Positions 33,140-43,799 are shown, counted from the stretch's first letter. The stretch is 54,097 bases of DNA from Chrysonvirus as5 (IMGVR_UViG_650627007_000001:171172-225268); one strand, 5' to 3'. The notes: generated by a model from the sequence alone, not told the origin. Translations and numbers: made by a program.

Positions 33140-33146
33140 TATTTAG
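33140..33146 (-). promoter_or_regulatory. Late promoter CTAAATA (gp26)
   Basis: Motif upstream of AGGAG RBS. Confidence 0.75.
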
Positions 33147-33200
33147 AAAGTAGTCGTTAGACTGCGACGTCAGTCGCTAGATGTTAATAGTATGTTACAA

Positions 33201-33298
33201 AAAGAGAAAATAAAATCTCTTATATATCTTATATGAGAATTTAGTTTATCTTCTTCTTAATAATCAATGAGTTAGCGCCTACGGCGCAATCTTCGATT
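33201..33298. repeat. 98-bp dispersed repeat, copy 2
   Basis: See 2971-3068. Confidence 0.9.
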
Positions 33299-33364
33299 TC
33301 TGGAAGTGTTCACTATTTAATCAAATGAACACTTCCTAGTTTACTTCTTCAAATCACCTTGCTA

Positions 33365-34336
33365 TCATGCATTTCTAATACCACGAGCCATACCTTTGAC
33401 TCGATTGTAGAAGGATTCAACACTATTAATAAGATTGTCTTTACCAGCGTGGGCAGCTTGTGTCATAGTGCTAACGGTAAATTCTACCTCGAATGTTGCT
33501 ACCTGATTATTGTTCTCAAAGTCTAGCTGAACTTCTCCGACTCTAGTCGGGAAACATCCTTCGCTATGAACAACCGAGGTCATTACACCTCTTCTATTCA
33601 GAGTAACAATATCGATGTCTCTTGCATAATTGTGATAGAATCCAAATGTCCCTTTCTTCTGATTATGAATAGATCCCATCCATGTCAGAAACCAAATTCT
33701 TTCCGCATAATCCGGTGAACAATAAAACGTCATTCTTATCGGGTCAACAGTTCGACTGCGAACCTCGGTGAATGGAGTTCTTTCGTTGATATTTGTCTGA
33801 GTCTCAAATCCAGTGCCAGGTAATGTCACAGATTTCACCATCAGTGCAAGATCCCTGTTTACATCATATCCAGTTCCCAAAAATCCATCCATTAACTCGC
33901 CCGCACCCGGAATCATTCTAACGATAGTTGGGTCGATAGCTCCCATAATGTTCTTGATCTTAGGACTCAAGTGCTTTTGTGCTTGATTGTAGGCAATATC
34001 CGTGATACGATTCCACGAGAAGTTAGCTCCACCGAAGAAACCATTTGTAGCCTGACCCAATGCACTACTGATCGGCTCTAAGTGACTCAGAACACCATCC
34101 GCGGCCGCTACCGATTTGAAATCACCAAAACGTACCAAGAATGTGTTAGACCGCGCAAGATCTCGATTTTCAATTACTCGCATGAATCTAGCATAGTCCG
34201 GTGTCGAGTTAGGATCATCTGCTAAACGATCCATGACATAATCTAGTCCATCATTTAACGCTTCTTGCGCAAGTCCAGGAATTTTCCCCGGGATGTCCTT
34301 GATGTAATTCGCTGCTGTGTCGAATAATCCAGCCAT
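33365..34336 (-). CDS. 54: gp54 baseplate tail tube initiator
   Basis: LARSNTFLVRF, SVTLPG, FP..VGEVQLD..NNNQVATFEVEF (tube-fold). Confidence 0.8.
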   Translation of the reverse strand: MAGLFDTAANYIKDIPGKIPGLAQEALNDGLDYVMDRLADDPNSTPDYARFMRVIENRDLARSNTFLVRFGDFKSVAAADGVLSHLEPISSALGQATNGFFGGANFSWNRITDIAYNQAQKHLSPKIKNIMGAIDPTIVRMIPGAGELMDGFLGTGYDVNRDLALMVKSVTLPGTGFETQTNINERTPFTEVRSRTVDPIRMTFYCSPDYAERIWFLTWMGSIHNQKKGTFGFYHNYARDIDIVTLNRRGVMTSVVHSEGCFPTRVGEVQLDFENNNQVATFEVEFTVSTMTQAAHAGKDNLINSVESFYNRVKGMARGIRNA

Positions 34337-34353
34337 CGTATTTCTCCAATAGT

Positions 34354-34375
34354 AAAAAGGCGGCAAAAGCCGCCT
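34354..34375 (-). terminator. Intrinsic terminator after gene 2
   Basis: aggcggc-tttt-gccgcc plus T5. Confidence 0.8.
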
Positions 34376-34381
34376 CGTAAA

Positions 34382-35380
34382 TTAATAAGCTTTCCAAACT
34401 TTCTGTGCACCAAACGATTTGCTCTGAGGACCAGAAACAAATTTTTGCGTTGGCAAGAAAACAGCATTCACCCAATCGGCTGGCTTGATTTCAATCATAC
34501 CACCCTTGATACGATTCGGGATATATGCTTTGATCATGTGATCCGCACCACGCATCGATTTAACCTTGTCCCAGTTAATTTTTAGCGTCGTCTTATTTGT
34601 TATTCTGTCTGTGCTTGCATACTTCAACAACTCTTCCAAGAAGTCTTTCCGAGCTTTCGGCGGGATATAGTGCAAGTTCAAGCCCATCATCAGACCTGGG
34701 TAACGAAGACTCGGGCCGAGATAGACGATCAACGGATATACGTCCCAATAAGGAAGCGTTGCTTTATGCTTCGCGTCATATATGTAGGTATATAGTTTGC
34801 CGATCTGTGGCTTGTTAGGCTTGAATCCCCTGATGTTTTTCTTGATTACATCGCTGAACCATTCATTTGACTTTCGTTCGTTTTTCTGAACTGAATCTCT
34901 GGTACGGGATTTAACCTGAGCGTTGAAATCAGCTTTCAGTAAATCATACTTCTGCTTTGCTGTCAACTTGCTTTTATTCTTCTTCGCGTCTTCCAAGTTT
35001 TTGGCAATGATAATATCGTCCCTATATTTTCGGAACGCTCGGCTCATTGTCTCTTGATTCAATTCTTTCTCTGCTGCGAACTTTGCTGGTGTAGTACCTT
35101 TCTCTTTCGCTCTGAGATAAGCAACTCCCAACTCTACCCATTGAGCTTTATTCTTGTTGGGATTAATCGCGCTGTAATATTCCTTGATGTCGTCTTTATA
35201 ACGACGCATAGCGCGGCTGAATGTTTCATATTTCAGCTTGTTGTCTTCTGCGAATTTCTTAGCCGTTAAACCCGGCGTTTTCTTCTTCGCATTCATGAAC
35301 TGGACGCCAACCTCGATCCAGGCTTTTCTGTTTCGTCTCTCTGCTGGCGTCTCTGGCACTTTGACTTCTTCGAATATCAT
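34382..35380 (-). CDS. 2: gp2 DNA end protector protein
   Basis: YDAKHKATLPYWDVYPL, GLNLHYIPP, IKAYI. Confidence 0.92.
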   Translation of the reverse strand: MIFEEVKVPETPAERRNRKAWIEVGVQFMNAKKKTPGLTAKKFAEDNKLKYETFSRAMRRYKDDIKEYYSAINPNKNKAQWVELGVAYLRAKEKGTTPAKFAAEKELNQETMSRAFRKYRDDIIIAKNLEDAKKNKSKLTAKQKYDLLKADFNAQVKSRTRDSVQKNERKSNEWFSDVIKKNIRGFKPNKPQIGKLYTYIYDAKHKATLPYWDVYPLIVYLGPSLRYPGLMMGLNLHYIPPKARKDFLEELLKYASTDRITNKTTLKINWDKVKSMRGADHMIKAYIPNRIKGGMIEIKPADWVNAVFLPTQKFVSGPQSKSFGAQKVWKAY

Positions 35381-35841
35381 TCTCTAACCCCTTTGAACCC
35401 CAATCGTTTCAGGGTGTCTTCGGTGATGATATTAAATCTCCACCCTTTCTGATCACATATTTTACTAGCAGTTTGCCATTTGTCAAGATTTACCTGATAT
35501 GTATAGATCTCATTCATAAATCTTTTCTTAGCCGCTGCCGTATTTCGAGTTGGCGGAATTGGAGCAACGGTTTCCTTCCGCGGCTTAACTTCCCAAAGTG
35601 AAATGCTTCCATTTTTCCAGCATACTGTAAAGTCCATGAAATATCGGCGCTTTTTACCGTCGGCATTTGAGAAATAAGGTATTACCGTTTCTTCACTTGA
35701 CCACCATTTAACTTCTGGATTCTTGTCGAGCATACGCATAATAAACAGTTCCCAACTGCTGCGATATGTGATTTTGGAGGCATCACCTCTGTATTTTGCT
35801 TTATCTTCTGGGGTATATTTACCCTTGTATGTTTCGCTCAT
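35377..35841 (-). CDS. 4: gp4 head completion nuclease (TnsA-like)
   Basis: KYRGD...YRSSWE, WSSEE..IPY, RYFMDF, EVKP. Confidence 0.93.
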   Translation of the reverse strand: MSETYKGKYTPEDKAKYRGDASKITYRSSWELFIMRMLDKNPEVKWWSSEETVIPYFSNADGKKRRYFMDFTVCWKNGSISLWEVKPRKETVAPIPPTRNTAAAKKRFMNEIYTYQVNLDKWQTASKICDQKGWRFNIITEDTLKRLGFKGVRE

Positions 35842-35859
35842 AATATTTCTCCTTTACAC

Positions 35860-35873
35860 TATTTAGCTAAATA
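35860..35873. promoter_or_regulatory. Back-to-back divergent late promoters TATTTAG-CTAAATA
   Basis: Perfect 14-bp palindrome between gene 4 (minus) and gene 48 (plus). Confidence 0.85.
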
Positions 35874-35893
35874 GATATAAAAAGGAGAATTCA

Positions 35894-36961
35894 ATGGCCA
35901 AAGGTGTCACTCTGTTAAGCAACGGAGTTAAAACTATAGGTGACGCGGCAGGCACGTTTATTGGTAGCCTGTTTTCTTCGCCTAGTGGTGAATCTGGAAT
36001 CTTAGCATTGCAGTATCCACTTGCTATGAAAGGTAACACAGATGTTCACAAAAACTATCTTTGTATGTATTGCGTGGACGCGACTGGAAACGGTGGTATG
36101 TCAAACGCTAGTATAGAGCGACGTAGTATGTCTAGCGTCAAAGGGAAATTCAATGAGAAGACTCTGGCCGTGATCCAGATGTATATGCCTAACTTAGTGC
36201 AGAATATCAGTCATGATTACGGAGACAATGATGGAGGATTCTTACAAGACATGTTAATGAACTTCCAGGGGTCGATGAATGATTCAGTTCTTGAAAACGC
36301 CAAGGGATTGGGCATGGCATTCGCCAAAACTGCTGCAACTCAATTAGCAGTAAATGCTGGTAAAGTATCTCAGCAATATAACGCTCAAATTTCTGGAAAA
36401 ATCCTAGGCGATAGAAGTGCTAATATGTATAAAAATACCGGTCTTAGATCTCAAACATTCTTGTTCAATCTTAGACCAAAGAATCTAGCAGAGTTAAAAG
36501 AAGTAGGACAGATTATTAGATCGTTTCTTGTTAATAGTGCTGCCTCCCTTGATAAGCCTACCAGTGTGAACGATATTCTGGACACAATAGGCGCCGGTAG
36601 TATGAAAACAGAAGTCACTGCTGGAGGATCAGAATCAATCCAAGTTCTTAAAGTACCACCTCTATGGTATTTGGAAGAGAGAGTTAACAATCAATCAGCT
36701 AAAGCTGAAATTAGATACACCCCGAAATTTGCTATGGGACCGTGTGCGTTGACAAACGTCCGTATCACAAACACTCCAGAGCAAGTTTACAATACGTTCG
36801 ATGGCACAGCGGGAGACCCTATTGCTATCGATCTGGAACTGACATTCACCGAACTTCGTCCTGTATTCAAGAAATATTGGGAAGAGCTTACCAAAAATCT
36901 TGGCGGTCAAGATGCTGGTCAATTCTTCTTTGGTTCTTTTGCAGGTAAGGATAGTAAATGA
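35894..36961 (+). CDS. 48: gp48 baseplate tail tube cap
   Basis: LQYP, IQMYMP, R.QTF.FNL.PKN..E, GPC.LTNV, ELTFTE; upstream of gp53. Confidence 0.8.
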   Translation: MAKGVTLLSNGVKTIGDAAGTFIGSLFSSPSGESGILALQYPLAMKGNTDVHKNYLCMYCVDATGNGGMSNASIERRSMSSVKGKFNEKTLAVIQMYMPNLVQNISHDYGDNDGGFLQDMLMNFQGSMNDSVLENAKGLGMAFAKTAATQLAVNAGKVSQQYNAQISGKILGDRSANMYKNTGLRSQTFLFNLRPKNLAELKEVGQIIRSFLVNSAASLDKPTSVNDILDTIGAGSMKTEVTAGGSESIQVLKVPPLWYLEERVNNQSAKAEIRYTPKFAMGPCALTNVRITNTPEQVYNTFDGTAGDPIAIDLELTFTELRPVFKKYWEELTKNLGGQDAGQFFFGSFAGKDSK

Positions 36962-37524
36962 TAATGCAAATGTTTGACCCCATTGTTTACAATGGGGTAC
37001 CAACCGCAAATATTTTCAAGAGTTATGGAAAATATTTTGATGAAGTAGCAGCAAGCTTTGTCCTTAGAAAATACTTCATTTCTGGTAATCCCAGACCGGA
37101 ACTATTATCTTACCAGTTATATGGTGATTCATCATATTATTGGATTCTATTGTATTTGAATGGGATTTATGACCCATTTCATGGATGGATTAAATCCCAA
37201 GAACAAGTCCATACATCGACACAACAGAAGTATAAAAACTTCCCACAAAAAGAAAATACCGTATTGTATCATGTTGATACAAAAGGAAAGAAATACCAAA
37301 GAATGAGTGAATATCCGATTGGATCAGGAAACTGGTATGACATCGGAGACACGGCTCATTTACATTTACAGCATCAAGGAACACTCGCCCCGGTATCTGC
37401 GATTGAGCATGAACTTAATGAGAACGAAAATAAACGAAACATTCTCATATTGAGCCCAGGCGACTTACAGACTTTCTTGGATGCGCTTACCCGTAGAATG
37501 GAGAAAGTTCGTCGTGGCAATTGA
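36958..37524 (+). CDS. 53: gp53 baseplate wedge subunit
   Basis: RPELLSYQLYGDSSYYWILL.LNGIYDPF.GW. Confidence 0.9.
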   Translation: MIMQMFDPIVYNGVPTANIFKSYGKYFDEVAASFVLRKYFISGNPRPELLSYQLYGDSSYYWILLYLNGIYDPFHGWIKSQEQVHTSTQQKYKNFPQKENTVLYHVDTKGKKYQRMSEYPIGSGNWYDIGDTAHLHLQHQGTLAPVSAIEHELNENENKRNILILSPGDLQTFLDALTRRMEKVRRGN

Positions 37525-38740
37525 ACGTATTAGTCAAAGTGCGTTGGAAAACTTTACAATCGATCACATTATCATCATGCAAGGTGATACTGGATATGAA
37601 GTTTCTGACGCATTTTACTCGCTAGAAATAAACGAAGGTATGACAAAAGGATTTATGAGTGGCACACTGGTGATCAACAACTCTATTGATCTTCTGGATG
37701 GTGCACTGAATCCAAGAGGTGATGAATATATCGAAGTTAGTTTTTATCATAAGTACCCAGGTGGTGCAGCTGGACAGATTTTCACTAAGATGTTCAGAGT
37801 CAACAGCTATAAAGACTTTGTGGATGCAAACGCGATGAATCGTGGTCTAGTTGAGTTCAAATTTGAATCTTTTGGGTCAATCGAAAATGAGTTCATCCGT
37901 GTTTCTAAGTCATATAAAAACACAGGTACACATGCAATAGTCGATGATATGTTAAAGCTTCTTGGATATCAAGATCTGCAAATACGAATTGAGCCAACTT
38001 TGCATAACAAGGACATTGTTATTCCTAATTTGACTCCGGTCGAGGTAATCAGCTATCTAGTTAATCACTCACAGTCTGGTGACTCTACAACTAAAGGTGA
38101 TAGCAATTATTATTTCTTTGAGAATAGAGACTTCGTTAACTTTGTGAGTGGGTCTAATTTGATTAATGCCGATCCTGTTGCCGTTTATACATATGGTCCA
38201 ACTATCGATCAGAACTTTCAAGGACAGTTGATTAAGTTTGCTCGCGATAGAGGATACAATCTACGGGATCAAGCTAGAGGCGGCTCTTTCGGTGTAACTG
38301 TTATGTCAAACAGTTTAATTGATAAAAGCTATAAGGTAACTCCTCTTGAAGTTGAATCGGTAAAGGAAGTTTATAAGACGCTGAACGCAGATAAATGGTA
38401 TGGTGGTTCATTATCAAACAATAGAAAAGCTTGCATGATAATGAGCTGTGAGGATCAGATGTATCAGCATCTTAATACTGGGTCAAACGGAAACAGTTTA
38501 GGTATTCAAAGAGTAAATAGATCTAACTTGAGTGCAAAACGCGCTTTCGCCAGAATAGGTGGAAATACCGATATAACAAGCGGTAGTGTAATTGACTTGA
38601 AAGTTCCAAGCGTTGGTGGCAATAGTAACGAGCGAGACACCGGTAAGTGGCTGGTATTTTCTGTCAGACATCTTATTACCAGGGATAATTACACAATGGA
38701 CTTGGAATTAATGAGCGATAGCGACATTAGGAGAATGTGA
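37514..38740 (+). CDS. 27: gp27 baseplate hub
   Basis: Size, position before gp5, YYFFEN, G..DITSG.VI, GKWLV..VRH; probable GTG start. Confidence 0.75.
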   Translation: MAIERISQSALENFTIDHIIIMQGDTGYEVSDAFYSLEINEGMTKGFMSGTLVINNSIDLLDGALNPRGDEYIEVSFYHKYPGGAAGQIFTKMFRVNSYKDFVDANAMNRGLVEFKFESFGSIENEFIRVSKSYKNTGTHAIVDDMLKLLGYQDLQIRIEPTLHNKDIVIPNLTPVEVISYLVNHSQSGDSTTKGDSNYYFFENRDFVNFVSGSNLINADPVAVYTYGPTIDQNFQGQLIKFARDRGYNLRDQARGGSFGVTVMSNSLIDKSYKVTPLEVESVKEVYKTLNADKWYGGSLSNNRKACMIMSCEDQMYQHLNTGSNGNSLGIQRVNRSNLSAKRAFARIGGNTDITSGSVIDLKVPSVGGNSNERDTGKWLVFSVRHLITRDNYTMDLELMSDSDIRRM

Positions 38741-40560
38741 TGTTTTTTGGAATGAATTACAAATGGTTCGAAGGAGTGGTCGAGGATAGATTCGATCCTC
38801 TCGATTTGGGTCGCGTCCGTGTTCGTGTTATGGGTATTCATAGCGAACAAAAAGCGAAGAATAGCAATGAAGGTATTCCGACAGAAGAGTTATTGTGGAT
38901 GCATCCTATGCTGCCAATTACATCTGCTGCGATGTCCGGTATAGGACAAAGTCCGACTGGATTATTAGAGGGCTCACACGTTGTTGGATATTTTAGAGAC
39001 CCGTTCTGTCAAGATGGCGTTATTATTGGGTCATTGCCGGGTATCTATAAAAAGAAACCGGATTCTAGTAAAGGCTTCTCCGATCCGAATGGACAATATC
39101 CCAGATATGTAGGCAATGACGTTAATATTTTGGCCGGTGGTGGTCAAGCTGGTTCAGGCGGCTCTGGTAGTGGAGCAATGGTAGGAGACGACGGTACTCC
39201 CATCGATGTATATACACAAAACCAAAATACCGGTATTGCAGTTAAGCCAGACGACACGCCGGTTGGTGAATATATAGCAGATGATGATCCTAATTTCACA
39301 ATCGAGAAAATGCTTGTTCAAGATGAAGGCGTTAGATTGAAATGGTATCTTGACTCTGAGGGATATCCGACAATCGGTATTGGACATTTGATTATTCACG
39401 AAAATACCACAAATCTAGCGACGATAAACTCTATTTTGAGTGCTCAATTAGGACGAGTTGTTACTGGCGGTGTTATTACTTCCGAGGAAGTAAGTCGTTT
39501 GTTCGAACAAGACTTGAATAAAGTCCGAGCTGATATTATGAGATTCACCTCTATATCTCAGGTATACATCAAAGCAAATCGATCTCGTCAAATGGCGATT
39601 GAGAATATGTGCTTTCAGATGGGAGCTGGCGGTCTAGCTAAGTTCAAGAACACATTAGCAGCAATGGCAAGAGAAGATTGGACAGCGGCTTATAATGGAT
39701 TACGCGACTCATTATGGGCACGACAAACTCCTGGTCGTGCGTCTCGCGTTGCTAAGATCATCCTCACGGGTAATCTGGAATCGTATGGAGTGATGGCACC
39801 AGCTACACCCAATAAACTATCTAGATTCAACAAAGAAGACGCCTATGGAGAATCTGGTGCGGTTTCCTATGCTGTTACTGACGTCGGTGATGATCCCGAA
39901 AATCCGCCAGAAGAAGCGAAATCTAGAATCATGTTTGAGGAACCAAAATCGAGTTATGCAGCGCAATATCCGTATAATCACGTTTATGAGTCTGAGAGCG
40001 GACACATTCAAGAATTCGACGATACTCCTGGCAAAGAGCGTTATCATAGAAAACATCCGACCGGTACGTTTGAGGAAATTAGACCAGACGGTAGTCGCTT
40101 AGTAAAAATCGTTGGTGATGATTATTTGATTGTCAAGAATGGACGTAATCTTAACGTCAAGGGAAATTTGAAAGTCGTTATTGAAGGAAACGCGGAGCTA
40201 TATTACATGGGCAACGTGAGTCAAACAATCGATGGAAATATGACTCAACTCGTTAGAGGAAATGTAACAGAGACTATTGACGGTAGTGTGATGCAAACTA
40301 TTCATGGAAGCGTGGATACTTCAATTGATGGTAACGTAAATCAGCTTATCAAAGGCAACGTTGGTCAGAATATCGAAGGCAATGTGAATCAGAATATCAA
40401 AGGAAATCACACTGAGACTGTTAATGGAAATTATAAACTGACAGTTAAAGGCACATATGACGTAGAAGCAACCGGTAATGCTAAGATGAAAGGTGCTAAC
40501 GCGACAGTAGAAGCCCAGGGAACTGCTCAACTGAGTGGTGCAACAATTAACTTGAACTAA
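38737..40560 (+). CDS. 5: gp5 baseplate hub subunit and tail lysozyme
   Basis: OB-fold DPLDLGRVRVR, T4 lysozyme DEG..L..Y.DSEGYPTIGIGH, C-terminal VxGN octapeptide repeats. Confidence 0.97.
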   Translation: MMFFGMNYKWFEGVVEDRFDPLDLGRVRVRVMGIHSEQKAKNSNEGIPTEELLWMHPMLPITSAAMSGIGQSPTGLLEGSHVVGYFRDPFCQDGVIIGSLPGIYKKKPDSSKGFSDPNGQYPRYVGNDVNILAGGGQAGSGGSGSGAMVGDDGTPIDVYTQNQNTGIAVKPDDTPVGEYIADDDPNFTIEKMLVQDEGVRLKWYLDSEGYPTIGIGHLIIHENTTNLATINSILSAQLGRVVTGGVITSEEVSRLFEQDLNKVRADIMRFTSISQVYIKANRSRQMAIENMCFQMGAGGLAKFKNTLAAMAREDWTAAYNGLRDSLWARQTPGRASRVAKIILTGNLESYGVMAPATPNKLSRFNKEDAYGESGAVSYAVTDVGDDPENPPEEAKSRIMFEEPKSSYAAQYPYNHVYESESGHIQEFDDTPGKERYHRKHPTGTFEEIRPDGSRLVKIVGDDYLIVKNGRNLNVKGNLKVVIEGNAELYYMGNVSQTIDGNMTQLVRGNVTETIDGSVMQTIHGSVDTSIDGNVNQLIKGNVGQNIEGNVNQNIKGNHTETVNGNYKLTVKGTYDVEATGNAKMKGANATVEAQGTAQLSGATINLN

Positions 40561-40568
40561 GAGGTATC

Positions 40569-41117
40569 ATGGCTGTAATAACTGAACCGCAAGGCGGGTG
40601 GCAGCAATATTCTAATATTTTCGAGTTCTATGAGGGAGCGGGCGATTTGCCCGTTCATCATAGTTTTGAATTTGATGTTAGTCTTGAGCCTAACGAATTT
40701 ATCGTTTCTAAAGGAATCCAAGCTTCGGTAGCATTGGAAACTTATGGAGGGTCAAGACAAGGTATGAGTGTTGTGTCTAAGTTTGTTGATTATTTCGAAC
40801 GTAACGGAGCAATAATCACTTTGAAATATAGAGACAGAAAGACGCTTGAGATAAAGACCGTTAATGGATTCAACAATCTACCAGATCCTAAGACTTGTGA
40901 TGTTATTGAGTTTACTCCACCGAATGAATTGACAGCTCAAATAATATACACACCGATCGCGACAATCAGAACTATTGATCCAGCTAATCCCACCGCTCCT
41001 CCAGTAATATCAACTGTTAGAGCAAACTTCACACAAACACTCCATGGAACATATCAGGGATATGCCAATAAACTCGTTGATTACATAAATAAGAGTGGAC
41101 CATTTCCGAGGATATAA
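40569..41117 (+). CDS. gp5.1-like hypothetical protein
   Basis: Position after gene 5; GAGG RBS. Confidence 0.65.
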   Translation: MAVITEPQGGWQQYSNIFEFYEGAGDLPVHHSFEFDVSLEPNEFIVSKGIQASVALETYGGSRQGMSVVSKFVDYFERNGAIITLKYRDRKTLEIKTVNGFNNLPDPKTCDVIEFTPPNELTAQIIYTPIATIRTIDPANPTAPPVISTVRANFTQTLHGTYQGYANKLVDYINKSGPFPRI

Positions 41118-41118
41118 C

Positions 41119-41412
41119 ATGGCAGGCATAGTATTGAACATGGCCCCAACAATTGGACCGGGGCCATGGAAACCATCTAAAGTTGTCGGCACAAGCACAA
41201 CCGTGTTTGCAGAAGGACAACAAATCGTAGTCAAACAAGACGATCAAGTAATAAGACATGAGCGACCAGACGGTCCCGATTGGAAGCAGGGTAAAGTAAT
41301 CGCGAGAACTGGAAAAGTTTTTGTCGAGGGAAAACCTATTGCACAAATCGGGGACGTTTGCACAGACGGCGAAATATTAGTTAAGTCTGCCACAAGTGTT
41401 TTCGCATCATAA
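41119..41412 (+). CDS. PAAR-like spike tip protein (gp5.4-like)
   Basis: TVFAEG, KVFVEGKPIAQIGD. Confidence 0.8.
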   Translation: MAGIVLNMAPTIGPGPWKPSKVVGTSTTVFAEGQQIVVKQDDQVIRHERPDGPDWKQGKVIARTGKVFVEGKPIAQIGDVCTDGEILVKSATSVFAS

Positions 41413-41421
41413 GGAGAAATT

Positions 41422-41844
41422 ATGGGAGCATTAAGTAATCGACTTAGAATGCTTGCAGTAGAGACAAAAGAATATTATTCCGACATTGACGCGAGTATGA
41501 AACGCGATTATCGGAATAATGACGTCGCCAACGTATCAAACTTGTCTGCTGTTCAGCAATCTATGGCAGGTATAATTGGGACTCGACGTGGAGAGCGTCC
41601 ATTCGATCCAGCATTCGGGTGTGATATTCACCAAACTCTATTTGAAAATATGAGTGAGGTAGCAGCCATGGCGATTGAGAGATCGATTTATGACGCGATT
41701 GGCAACTATGAGCCGCGCGTTAAACTGGAAAACGTTCATGTTGTTCCACTATACGACAGAAACGAATATATCGTAACAATCAGCTATCGATTGATTACGG
41801 ACTTAAATTACATTTACGAACTTAAACTGGGAGTGTCCGGCTAA
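41422..41844 (+). CDS. 25: gp25 baseplate wedge subunit
   Basis: T.RGERPFDPAFGC, I.NYEPRV. Confidence 0.95.
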   Translation: MGALSNRLRMLAVETKEYYSDIDASMKRDYRNNDVANVSNLSAVQQSMAGIIGTRRGERPFDPAFGCDIHQTLFENMSEVAAMAIERSIYDAIGNYEPRVKLENVHVVPLYDRNEYIVTISYRLITDLNYIYELKLGVSG

Positions 41845-43799
41845 TGGCAAACGGTATTAATGCGGTAGATCTACCGAAGGATTTCTCTGGTGCCTCGTTT
41901 GAACAAATCAAACTAAATCTAATTCGCTGGCTCCAGAATCAAGACGAATTCAAAGATTATAATTTTGCGGGTAGCCGTATGTCGGTACTCGTTGACTTGC
42001 TGACTTATGCGACATTGTATATTCAGCAATTCGGCAACGCTGCTGTTTTCGAAAGTTTCTTGAGACTTGCACAGCTTCGTTCCTCAGTTGTTCAGCATGT
42101 TCAGGACATGGGATATTTGCCATCTACCGCGAGCGCGAGCGGGACAACTGTTAGATTCACTGGATATTACAGTCCGATCGAATCAAGTCCGATTTCAATC
42201 ACTATTCCTAAGGGAACTAAGTTCACTGGTTCAATTGAGGATGTTGATTTCTATGATTATGTGACTTGGGACGATGTTCAAGTTATTCGTGGTATCAACA
42301 ATCGATATATTACGGATCTCGCATTGAAGCAAGGTCGTATTATTCGACAAGAGTTGATTTATCAAAAGGACAGTATTATTGAGATCAACGACAAGAGCAT
42401 TGACCGTAATTACGTTCGTGTGTTCGTTGATGGTGCTCCATGGACAGACTGGACAACTAAACCTCTTGTTACTATCGGCGGCACAAGCACTGTATTTTAT
42501 CAGCGTGAGACAATCGATGGATATACCGAGATCTTCTTCGGTGAAGGCGAGAAAGTTATTAAAGCAAATGGACAATTATCATCAAGTTTTGTTGGTGGTC
42601 TTAAACCTTCTGTTGGCTCAACTATCGTAATCGAATATTTGAGTACCGATGGTACAGCGGCAAACGGATGTCGTAATTTCGCATACGTTGATACGATCCC
42701 TAATATCGTTGTTGAGAAGATCGAAGAGAACCCGACTTCTACACTAGGAAAACTTGACCCGGGATATACTGGTGCTGCCGGTGGCGGTGGAGAGGAAGAT
42801 ATTGAGCGTCTACGTGAACTTGGACCTATTATGCGTGAAACTCAGCGCAGAGCCGTTACCAGATCTGATTACGAAGCTTTCGTAAACTATCGCTTTGGTA
42901 ATATCGTTCAAGCCGTTCAATGCTACACAGACTCGGAGAAGCCGGGATATGCGTTTATTGCAATTAAGCCTAAAGACGGTCTGTATCTGACTACCGTTCA
43001 GAAAGAAGATATTCAGAACTTCTTGAGGGATTACAACGTGGCAACTATTACACCAGTCGTTCATAGTCCAAATTACTTGTATGTCAAGTCGAATGTTAAA
43101 GTAACGTATGCGATGAATAACTTGAGTCAGACCGAAGAATGGCTACAAGGTAAAGTTCTTGACGCTATTGATCGTTATTACATAGAAGAAGTTGAAATTT
43201 TCAACAGGGGTTTCTATACATCCAAATTGAATGGACGCATCGACGATGCCGATATTTCAATTCTTGGCACAACAACTTCAATTGGCCTAGTTCGCGAAGT
43301 CGAGAATTTCTATTCTTCTCCCATGATTGGCGTTAAGTACATGAATCAAGTAACAAACGGTTCTGTATACAGTTCTGATATCAAATACACACCGCGAGCA
43401 GGAACAAGCTACGGCATTCACTATGTCGGCACAAGAAAAAATAATGTTGCATTCGAAGGTAAAGTAAATGCTAACGCTGGTCTAACTCTAGTTGGACCAT
43501 TTGCTGCTGGTGATGTTACAGGCGTTGCTGCTTATACTGGTACCGACTTTGATAGAAAAGTTATTAGTGGTAGAAGCCTGTATTATGCTGTTGGTGAAGT
43601 TGATTATGTTGCGGATGAAATAACATTCGATCTTGGGGTATTGAATCAGAATATGGATAAATTCAGTGCCGCGTATATCGAGTTCCATGCAACACCAGTT
43701 GAAACTAACATATATACATCAGATGGCACAATGATTGTGTTTGAGAATAACCTCAGACCACAATATACCACAATTCAGATGGAGGCGGTAGTTCGCTAA
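41844..43799 (+). CDS. 6: gp6 baseplate wedge subunit
   Basis: F..IK.NLI.WL..Q.EFKDYNF.GS, QRRAVT.SDY. Confidence 0.96.
   Translation: MANGINAVDLPKDFSGASFEQIKLNLIRWLQNQDEFKDYNFAGSRMSVLVDLLTYATLYIQQFGNAAVFESFLRLAQLRSSVVQHVQDMGYLPSTASASGTTVRFTGYYSPIESSPISITIPKGTKFTGSIEDVDFYDYVTWDDVQVIRGINNRYITDLALKQGRIIRQELIYQKDSIIEINDKSIDRNYVRVFVDGAPWTDWTTKPLVTIGGTSTVFYQRETIDGYTEIFFGEGEKVIKANGQLSSSFVGGLKPSVGSTIVIEYLSTDGTAANGCRNFAYVDTIPNIVVEKIEENPTSTLGKLDPGYTGAAGGGGEEDIERLRELGPIMRETQRRAVTRSDYEAFVNYRFGNIVQAVQCYTDSEKPGYAFIAIKPKDGLYLTTVQKEDIQNFLRDYNVATITPVVHSPNYLYVKSNVKVTYAMNNLSQTEEWLQGKVLDAIDRYYIEEVEIFNRGFYTSKLNGRIDDADISILGTTTSIGLVREVENFYSSPMIGVKYMNQVTNGSVYSSDIKYTPRAGTSYGIHYVGTRKNNVAFEGKVNANAGLTLVGPFAAGDVTGVAAYTGTDFDRKVISGRSLYYAVGEVDYVADEITFDLGVLNQNMDKFSAAYIEFHATPVETNIYTSDGTMIVFENNLRPQYTTIQMEAVVR

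Noticed and set aside
40140-40500. Periodic repeats at the 3' end of gene 5
   Set aside because: Known VxGxxxxx octapeptide beta-helix of gp5.
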